A stretch of DNA of 10,741 nucleotides, taken from positions 19,197 to 29,937 of the forward strand of contig CAYPBD010000003.1 in NCBI GenBank assembly GCA_964408905.1, in the 5' to 3' direction. The position numbers and the translations under genes are program-made. The notes under the pieces are model-generated. The model was not told where the DNA came from. It did not search any database and worked only from the letters and a program-made list of their open reading frames with translations. Source of the stretch: Candidatus Woesearchaeota archaeon. GTDB taxonomy: Archaea > Nanobdellota > Nanobdellia > Pacearchaeales > GW2011-AR1. Positions 1-5,445 of the stretch are shown here, piece after piece (position 1 is the stretch's first letter; the number at the start of each line of letters is the position of its first letter).

Positions 1-3
1 AAA

Positions 4-459
4 TTATTTCAATTTAAAATATAAAAAAGCAAAAACTAATCCTAAAATAAATAATCCAGTTCCGATAAATCTTGAATTATTTTGAGTTAAATCAAAAACA
101 GAATACCCCGTTAAGCTAACTGAAGTAAATAATAAAGCAGATAAAAGAAATATTATAGATAAAGATGCAAAGAAAAATCTTTTTTCTATACCCTCTTCTT
201 TTCTAGCTCCTGGTTTTAATTTATCTTCTATCATTTTTATTAGCTTAGGATCTTTTGTAAATTCTCTTACTTCATTTAAAATTTGATGTGCCATATAAGA
301 ATTTCCTTTTTCAATAAATCCTCCAGCAGCAGAAGCATATCTTCTAACTACTTTACTCTGAGGAGGGCCTCTTTTAAGATTAGTGCTCCTCCTTGCCATA
401 TTATGCGCTTCCTTATAAAGTTCTTCAGGAGATTCTCCTGTATAATCCCCTCTTACCAT
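4..459 (-). CDS. hypothetical membrane-anchored protein (basic soluble N-terminal ~95 aa plus two C-terminal TM helices)
   Basis: 151-aa ORF with ATG at 459-457 (rc) and TAA at 6-4. It has two hydrophobic segments (FFFASLSIIFLLSALLFTSVSL and FIGTGLFILGLVFAFLYF). A TTTAAA box lies 21 nt upstream. It is longer and more protein-like than the + strand shadow ORF 283-489. No family recognised. Confidence 0.55.
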   Translation of the reverse strand: MVRGDYTGESPEELYKEAHNMARRSTNLKRGPPQSKVVRRYASAAGGFIEKGNSYMAHQILNEVREFTKDPKLIKMIEDKLKPGARKEEGIEKRFFFASLSIIFLLSALLFTSVSLTGYSVFDLTQNNSRFIGTGLFILGLVFAFLYFKLK

Positions 460-480
460 ATATTATCTAACATTAACAAA

Positions 481-488
481 TTTAAATA
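481..488 (-). promoter_or_regulatory. TATA-box-like element (TTTAAATA on +, TATTTAAA on -) for the 151-aa gene
   Basis: The AT palindromic core TTTAAA sits with 21 nt (460-480) between box and ATG. The same spacing is seen at 5 other genes in this window. It lies in the 34-nt spacer after the ATPase stop codon. Confidence 0.4.
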
Positions 489-493
489 ACTTT

Positions 494-2776
494 TCAAATC
501 CTTGTTTTTTTAACTTCTTCATTTAACCACTTCTGCCATTCAGGAAAAACTCTTTCACTCAAGGGCAATCCAATTTCCTCTCTTACTTTATCAGAAATTT
601 TATGAAACATACGATTAGATAAAGAAGTAAAACCAGCTTCTAAAATTTTTTCATTATTTATTTTTTGAGAAGTTTCAAAAATTTCTTTTTTCATTTTAGC
701 CCTTAATAAAATATTATCATAAACAGCATCCCAGTTTCCAGCCCACCCTTTTACATTAGAAGCAATATCTTTAACAACTTCACTATCACCATTAATTAAA
801 TCCTCGGTAGGTTCCAACTCATCTTTCTCAACATTATATTTCAATAAATCAACAAATCCTTTTTCTAATGAAGGATCTTCTTTCCAATGCTTTCTAATTT
901 CAGAAATTTGAACAACTCTTTTATATGCATGTAAACCATCTGGAGACTTTATTGGATTACAAACCGCAATTATGTCTGTTGCCTTAAATGAAGTAGCCGG
1001 AACACCCAAATCATTTACAACTCTATCAAAAACACCATAAGGGGAAGCACCGTGAATTGTTCCTGCAACAACATTTGCCAAAGCACCAACTCTCATCGCC
1101 TCATACAAAGCCTTTGCCTCAACGCTCCTAACTTCACCAATAATTAAACAACTATCCCCCAATCTCAAACTTGTTCTTATTCCATCATCAGCAGCAACTT
1201 CAGTAGTTGTTTTTAACAAAGCAGAACGAACCTTCATTCTCAAAATATCATAATCTAATTTTCTCAGAGATTCAACAGGTAGTTCCAACGAATCCTCAAC
1301 AGTAATAATTCTAAACTTAGGAATTATCTCAAGCATTAAACTTCCAAGCAAAGAGGTCTTACCAGAACTTCTTGTTCCAGCAACCAAAAGAGTCCTTGCT
1401 CCGTCAATCAAAAAACTCAGCAAACCTGCAGTAAAAGAATTTATCATCTTATATTTTATAAAAAGAGGCAAGGTCCAGGGAGATTCTCTATGTCTTCTAA
1501 TAGCATAGGCCAAACCATCTGGAGATAAAGGTCTTTGAATTATTGCAATTCTTGCTCTAATCTTTCCAATCTCAAGTTGAGTATCTAAGATAGGATTTGC
1601 TTCATCTAATGGTCTTCCAGAAATAACTCTAAACTTAGCAGCCCAAGAGTTTATATCTTCTTGACTTGGAAGAATATTTGTAGAACATTCATCATAATCC
1701 TGATGTCTTACAAAAATATTTGTTAATGAAATAGGGGCATTCAAAAAAATATCTTGAAGTTTCTTATCCTGAAGTAAAACCTCAATCAAACCAAAACCAA
1801 TCGTATGTCGCACAAGAATTGTGGCCAATTTATTTAAATCAGAATAATCCAATTTTATCCTTTTAGTCTGAGCCAAATCCTGTAATAAATCTTTAGCAAT
1901 ATTAAAAAAAACCTGTCTAATTCTTTCAGTATCTGTAAATTCCTCTGCCCTAGGCTGATGTTCAATTAAAACACTTCGTGCCAAATTCAAAAGCATTCCA
2001 TATTCTTCACTTAAAGAATTTTCAGGTGGATTCAAATGATAAATCAATTTAACTGCATCTTTTTTTCTTAAAACAGTTACAAAAGAAACATCATAATCTT
2101 CACCAATTTTATATTGGTCAACAATTTCAGCATCTTCTGGTAAATCAGAAACAAGTCGGGTAAAAGTAAAATTAGGAATTACATCAGGTCTGAAAATTTT
2201 ATTATAAATATCTCTGTTTCCCTTTTGATAATTCTCAAGAGGAAGAACAGCCTGAATCAATTTTGTTTTTTCAATCAATCCAAAAATTCTTTCCAATAGA
2301 TGTACATAATTTAATTGGTCTATTTTACATCTAGCATCAACTTTGCTAAGAAAAATTTTAGCTTCAATAATAATTTTTCTTAATTCAACATAAGCTGCAA
2401 TTGGATCTTGTTTTAATAAATAAAGAAAAGAAAAAAGAGCATTATATCTTTGAGAGAAAAATTGTTCACAATTAGTGATAAGCTTTTCTTGTGATAAAAT
2501 CTTTTCTTGACGAACAAAATAAACATAAAGTTGAGCAATCTCCAAAAGTAAATTTGTTTCATTTAAATCATAATTATAATTTTTTTGCTGAACAAATACA
2601 ATTCTTGAAACATTTGGATTTTCTATTAAAACATCAATAGTTCTTTCCATAATCTCTGGAGAATCAGAAAGACTTGGAACATAAGGGGCTCCTAAATAAT
2701 TAATGTAAATAACATCTTCACCTTCTTCTCTTTGAACTTCATAAGAATATAATTTTGCACCTTCTGCGAATTGCAT
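494..2776 (-). CDS. type II/IV secretion-superfamily ATPase (archaeal FlaI/PilB/VirB11-like), unusually long
   Basis: 760-aa ORF. Walker A GTRSSGKT is at aa 467-474 (nt 1355-1378, verified codon by codon). The Asp-box/Walker B region is RIITVEDSLEL ... CLIIGEVR (nt 1127-1150). The His box is AGTIHGAS, and an AIRRHR motif precedes Walker A. This is the motif set and order of the GspE/PilB/FlaI family. The ~400-aa N-terminal region and ~135-aa C-terminal extension have no motifs I recognise. Confidence 0.85.
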   Translation of the reverse strand: MQFAEGAKLYSYEVQREEGEDVIYINYLGAPYVPSLSDSPEIMERTIDVLIENPNVSRIVFVQQKNYNYDLNETNLLLEIAQLYVYFVRQEKILSQEKLITNCEQFFSQRYNALFSFLYLLKQDPIAAYVELRKIIIEAKIFLSKVDARCKIDQLNYVHLLERIFGLIEKTKLIQAVLPLENYQKGNRDIYNKIFRPDVIPNFTFTRLVSDLPEDAEIVDQYKIGEDYDVSFVTVLRKKDAVKLIYHLNPPENSLSEEYGMLLNLARSVLIEHQPRAEEFTDTERIRQVFFNIAKDLLQDLAQTKRIKLDYSDLNKLATILVRHTIGFGLIEVLLQDKKLQDIFLNAPISLTNIFVRHQDYDECSTNILPSQEDINSWAAKFRVISGRPLDEANPILDTQLEIGKIRARIAIIQRPLSPDGLAYAIRRHRESPWTLPLFIKYKMINSFTAGLLSFLIDGARTLLVAGTRSSGKTSLLGSLMLEIIPKFRIITVEDSLELPVESLRKLDYDILRMKVRSALLKTTTEVAADDGIRTSLRLGDSCLIIGEVRSVEAKALYEAMRVGALANVVAGTIHGASPYGVFDRVVNDLGVPATSFKATDIIAVCNPIKSPDGLHAYKRVVQISEIRKHWKEDPSLEKGFVDLLKYNVEKDELEPTEDLINGDSEVVKDIASNVKGWAGNWDAVYDNILLRAKMKKEIFETSQKINNEKILEAGFTSLSNRMFHKISDKVREEIGLPLSERVFPEWQKWLNEEVKKTRI

Positions 2777-2797
2777 AAATGAAAAAAGTATAAATAG

Positions 2798-2805
2798 TTT
2801 AAATT
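2798..2805 (-). promoter_or_regulatory. TATA-box-like element for the ATPase gene
   Basis: TTTAAATT on + (AATTTAAA on -), with 21 nt (2777-2797) between box and the ATG at 2776-2774. This implies a leaderless or near-leaderless transcript. Confidence 0.4.
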
Positions 2806-2879
2806 ATTTTGTATATTTTAAGGAAAGGATGACCTGATGTCCTCGCAATCACAACAAATTTAAACCGCTTTGACATCAT

Positions 2880-2887
2880 TTTAATAT
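2880..2887 (+). promoter_or_regulatory. TATA-box-like element for the + strand coiled-coil operon
   Basis: TTTAATAT is the only TATA-like box upstream of the 2933 ATG on the + strand. It lies 45 nt from that ATG but 22 nt from an out-of-frame ATG at 2910 (see findings). Confidence 0.3.
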
Positions 2888-2932
2888 GACAGAAATCAAA
2901 AGGGAGTTGATGGGTCAAGAAAGTATCTTACA

Positions 2933-3256
2933 ATGGCTGAAGAACAAGTAAATTATACAGGACAATATTTTGGAGATATAAATTCTAAAATGAAAGATTT
3001 AGAAGAAAAACAAAGAATATTAAAAGACCGGCTTCTCTTAATAGGACAAAATCTTATAGAAACAAAAGAAGAAACAAATCAAAAAATTCTTGAAATAAAG
3101 AAAAATATTGAGATAATTAAACAGAATATGGAAAGGATAATTTCTTTTGTGGAAATAGCATCAAGTGAATTTTCCAAATTCGCTAGAAAAGAAGATTTAG
3201 AAATTTTATCAAAACAAGCAAAAATGTTTCAACCTTTAAAATTAATAAAAAAATAA
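2933..3256 (+). CDS. hypothetical coiled-coil protein (107 aa)
   Basis: ATG at 2933 is the only in-frame start after the TAA at 2882-2884. A long heptad-like charged/hydrophobic pattern is present (KMKDLEEKQRILKDRLLLIGQNLIETKEETNQKILEIKKNIEIIKQNMERIISF). There is no TM segment or catalytic motif. Its stop at 3254-3256 is followed 1 nt later by the next ATG. Confidence 0.6.
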   Translation: MAEEQVNYTGQYFGDINSKMKDLEEKQRILKDRLLLIGQNLIETKEETNQKILEIKKNIEIIKQNMERIISFVEIASSEFSKFARKEDLEILSKQAKMFQPLKLIKK

Positions 3257-3257
3257 A

Positions 3258-3938
3258 ATGGCTGTTTTAGATCAAATACAACAAATGAAAAATCAGGGAA
3301 TGCCTGATGAAGAAATTGTAAGAAATTTACAAGACCAGGGAATATCTCCCAAACAAATAAATGATGCACTTAACCAATCACAAATAAAAAGAGCTGTTGT
3401 TGATGAAAGAGATATGGATCCAGCAAATCAAAGAGCTCCTCCTTACCCAAATCAACAAGCTCAAGGAAATTATGTTCCTCAGACCCAAGAAGTTCCTGAG
3501 TCTCCAACACCGAGTGAACAAACATATCAACAACAAGAATATTCTCAGCCTCAAGAAGGATATCAAGGATACCCAGAAGAAGAATATGCTTACCCTTCTG
3601 GAGGAATGGATAGTGATACTATAATTGAAATTGCAGAACAAGTTTTTTCTGAAAAAATGAAAAAAACACAAAAACAAGTAGATAATTTAAGTGAATTTAA
3701 AACTCTTGCACAAACAAGAATAGAAAATATTACAGACAGACTCAAAAGAATAGAAACAATTATTGACAAATTACAAATTTCAATTCTTGAAAAAATAGGT
3801 TCTTATGGAGACAATATAGATAATATCAAAAAAGAAATGTCAATGATGCAGGACTCTTTTGGAAAAGTAGTAAATCAAGCAGTAAAAGGGAAATCAACTT
3901 CTAAAAAAACATCAGGGAAAAAGATTTCCAGAAAATAA
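3258..3938 (+). CDS. hypothetical modular protein: small helical N-terminal head, Q/P/Y/E-rich disordered linker, C-terminal coiled coil, Lys/Ser-rich tail
   Basis: 226-aa ORF. The head is aa 1-45 (MPDEEIVRNLQDQGISPKQINDAL, a helix-turn-helix-hairpin or UBA-like pattern; inference). The linker is aa 54-116. The coiled coil is about aa 140-205 (RIENITDRLKRIETIIDKLQISILEKI...). The tail is KGKSTSKKTSGKKISRK. Two shadow ORFs lie on other frames in the linker region. Confidence 0.65.
   Translation: MAVLDQIQQMKNQGMPDEEIVRNLQDQGISPKQINDALNQSQIKRAVVDERDMDPANQRAPPYPNQQAQGNYVPQTQEVPESPTPSEQTYQQQEYSQPQEGYQGYPEEEYAYPSGGMDSDTIIEIAEQVFSEKMKKTQKQVDNLSEFKTLAQTRIENITDRLKRIETIIDKLQISILEKIGSYGDNIDNIKKEMSMMQDSFGKVVNQAVKGKSTSKKTSGKKISRK
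3903..3909 (-). terminator. oligo-T (T7 on - strand) candidate terminator for the 178-aa membrane protein gene
   Basis: A7 on the + strand equals T7 on the - strand, about 32 nt downstream of the - strand stop at 3941-3943. It lies inside the 3' end of the convergent 226-aa gene. Confidence 0.25.
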
Positions 3939-3940
3939 GA

Positions 3941-4477
3941 TTAAGTAGTTTTTTTCCCAGAAACAATCATAGCAACAACAAGCCCCACAATAACTACAAC
4001 TGCAATAATCATTGACCAATTATCCAACCACCATTGAGCAGCAGACCAATTAAGAGCTCCAGCAGTATTCACTAAAACAACAATGATTATAATTCCTGCA
4101 ATTCCAAGAAGTATATAATTAATCCATTTATCTCTATTTGTCTCATCCTTTAAAAAAAGACCTGCCACAATCATTATAACTAAAATAATTGCCAAAGCAA
4201 TTCCTAGATTAGGAAAGATAACTGAAAAAAATTCAGAAACTGCTGGAACTTGTATTGCTATTAACCCCACTGCCAAAGAAATAATTGCATTAATAACTTT
4301 ATTATCTTTAAATAAATTAAGTTTAAGTAATATTCCAAACATAAAAGCAAAAATTAGTAAAAAAGGAATAATATAACTGAAAAAACCCATTTGATACCAA
4401 ACATCAAACATGTTTCCAATAGTTGTACCATCAGCAGAACCATATGAAGCTAAAAAAATCATCAACTCTTTTATCAT
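3941..4477 (-). CDS. hypothetical polytopic membrane protein (178 aa), paralog of 4523-5020
   Basis: It has about five hydrophobic helices. The core IIPFLLIFAFMFGILLKLNLFKDNKVINAIISLAVGLIAI aligns to the neighbour (16 identities in my 41-column hand alignment). Both have a Trp-rich segment before the last TM and a short basic C-terminus. Confidence 0.7.
   Translation of the reverse strand: MIKELMIFLASYGSADGTTIGNMFDVWYQMGFFSYIIPFLLIFAFMFGILLKLNLFKDNKVINAIISLAVGLIAIQVPAVSEFFSVIFPNLGIALAIILVIMIVAGLFLKDETNRDKWINYILLGIAGIIIIVVLVNTAGALNWSAAQWWLDNWSMIIAVVVIVGLVVAMIVSGKKTT
3949..3955 (+). terminator. oligo-T (T7) candidate archaeal terminator for the + strand pair
   Basis: The T7 run begins 11 nt after the TAA at 3936-3938. 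It is embedded in the last codons of the convergent gene 3941-4477. Confidence 0.3.
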
Positions 4478-4496
4478 AAGATAAAATAAGAAAACT

Positions 4497-4504
4497 TATT
4501 TAAA
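4497..4504 (-). promoter_or_regulatory. TATA-box-like element (TTTAAATA on - strand)
   Basis: There are 19 nt between the 8-mer and the ATG at 4477 (21 nt from the TTTAAA core). The flanks resemble those of the box at 5042-5049. Confidence 0.4.
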
Positions 4505-4522
4505 TATGTTTCGAAGTTCTCA

Positions 4523-5020
4523 TTAAGAACTCTTCGCTGGATTTTTCAAAACCAATGCTAATGCAACTGCAATTACAATTACAAATAAAATATTTGTCCA
4601 AAAAGTGCCTGTCCATTCTCTATCAGATATCCAGCCAAGAAAATTTGTTTGTGTAGTTAATATCCATATAATTAAAAAAAGAAATCCAATTCCTACACCA
4701 ATTATTAATACCCATTTCATGAATTTTGGATTAATTAATTCTGTATCTCCTTCAGTAATAAACCCCCATAAAAATAATACAACAAATACAACAATCATTG
4801 CTATTGTTAAAAATAAAACCAAATTTGTAATTACTTCTTTTGGGAAAACAGCAGTTACAAAAACCACACCAACAACAAAAGCTATAATAGCATTAAGAGT
4901 TTTCTTTCCCTCTCCTAAAATTTTAGTTTTTTCAAGTAAAGCAAAAGCTATAATAAAAACTAATAAGAAAGGAAGAATAAATTCCTGAAAAACAGGAGTT
5001 TGAAAAATTGTGTCTGCCAT
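4523..5020 (-). CDS. hypothetical polytopic membrane protein (165 aa), paralog of 3941-4477
   Basis: It has five hydrophobic segments. The core ILPFLLVFIIAFALLEKTKILGEGKKTLNAIIAFVVGVVFV is homologous to the neighbour. The + strand ORF 4605-4988 is its shadow. Confidence 0.7.
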   Translation of the reverse strand: MADTIFQTPVFQEFILPFLLVFIIAFALLEKTKILGEGKKTLNAIIAFVVGVVFVTAVFPKEVITNLVLFLTIAMIVVFVVLFLWGFITEGDTELINPKFMKWVLIIGVGIGFLFLIIWILTTQTNFLGWISDREWTGTFWTNILFVIVIAVALALVLKNPAKSS

Positions 5021-5041
5021 AACCTATTAAGACTAAAATAG

Positions 5042-5049
5042 TATTTAAA
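5042..5049 (-). promoter_or_regulatory. TATA-box-like element (TTTAAATA on - strand)
   Basis: There are 21 nt between the 8-mer and the ATG at 5020. Confidence 0.4.
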
Positions 5050-5080
5050 TGTTTTTGAATATTTAAGAAAACTTTTCAGA

Positions 5081-5359
5081 TTACATTAAGTCTTCTGGAA
5101 CTTCTTCAATATCAGAATCTGGATTTGGTAAAGCAGTTTTATTTATTATAAAAATATCACTAATAGCTTTCACAAACTGATGAGGAATTATCACACCCTT
5201 AGCTCCTCCAATCAGAGAAATAATGCTTCCACCTACTCTAATTCTCCAACCATCAATTTTATTTTCAGACAAATTAGCTTCTTCTACCTCTCCAAAAAAA
5301 TCCCCAGAATCAGTATAAACCTTTGTTCCAACAACATCACTTATTTTTTTAATCCTCAT
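5081..5359 (-). CDS. PRC-barrel domain protein (small stand-alone archaeal type)
   Basis: 92 aa. VVGTKVYTDSGDFFGEVEEANLSENKIDGWRIRVGG ... GVIIPHQFVKAISDIFIINK follows the PRC-barrel pattern (G-x-x-V-x-x-x-x-G-x-x-h-G-x-V-x-[DE], then h-x-h strand, then IP...V...D.hhh). The C-terminal tail is acidic (PNPDSDIEEVPEDLM). Confidence 0.7.
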   Translation of the reverse strand: MRIKKISDVVGTKVYTDSGDFFGEVEEANLSENKIDGWRIRVGGSIISLIGGAKGVIIPHQFVKAISDIFIINKTALPNPDSDIEEVPEDLM

Positions 5360-5380
5360 AAAATAAAAATCAATATATTC

Positions 5381-5388
5381 TTTAAATA
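5381..5388 (-). promoter_or_regulatory. TATA-box-like element for the PRC-barrel gene
   Basis: TTTAAATA on + (TATTTAAA on -), with 21 nt (5360-5380) to the ATG at 5359. Confidence 0.4.
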
Positions 5389-5416
5389 GTTTTCCATAAT
5401 TTATTATATAATAAAC

Positions 5417-5424
5417 TTTATAAA
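5417..5424 (+). promoter_or_regulatory. TATA-box-like element for the 5446 gene
   Basis: TTTATAAA, with 21 nt (5425-5445) to the ATG at 5446. Confidence 0.4.
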
Positions 5425-5445
5425 AAATCTTCCTCTTAATTAACC

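Noticed and set aside
283-489. 68-aa + strand ORF
   Set aside because: It lies entirely antisense to the longer 151-aa ORF, which has clear TM helices and a correctly spaced TATA box. Its composition is Ser/Phe/Ile-rich shadow-frame type.
2799-2879. 26-aa - strand ORF (MMSKRFKFVVIARTSGHPFLKIYKII) in the divergent spacer
   Set aside because: There is no TATA-like box at the about 21-nt spacing used by the other genes. It would run through the ATPase promoter box, and it is very short. I kept it only as a remote possibility.
2827-2880. Possible C/D-box sRNA (GGATGA / CTGATG on +, AATGATGT on -)
   Set aside because: On neither strand could I find the full C (RUGAUGA), D' , C' and D (CUGA) arrangement with about 12-nt guides. 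In particular there is no CUGA near the required 3' end.
3378-3677. 99-aa - strand ORF and 75-aa + strand ORF (3397-3624) inside the 226-aa gene
   Set aside because: These are shadow frames opened by the stop-poor Q/P/E-rich linker region. There are no start-site signals, and the sequences are low-complexity and not protein-like.
494-3938. Interpreting the ATPase plus coiled-coil genes as a remnant archaellum (fla/arl) operon
   Set aside because: There are no archaellin, FlaH/ArlH (KaiC-like) or FlaJ/ArlJ genes in the window. The coiled-coil genes are divergent rather than upstream in the same operon. Similarity to FlaC/D/E is only architectural.
4605-4988. 127-aa + strand ORF
   Set aside because: It is antisense to the 165-aa membrane protein, whose paralogy with the neighbouring gene supports the - strand frame.
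3941-5020. Reading the small membrane proteins (or the 151-aa protein at 4-459) as PilC/FlaJ platform or pilin genes
   Set aside because: They are too short for a T2SSF-repeat platform. There is no class III signal peptide (basic residue, then Gly/Ala, then a hydrophobic helix at the N-terminus) in any of them.
5180-5389. 69-aa + strand ORF
   Set aside because: It is antisense to the PRC-barrel gene, which has a recognisable fold signature. It would also run across that gene's promoter.
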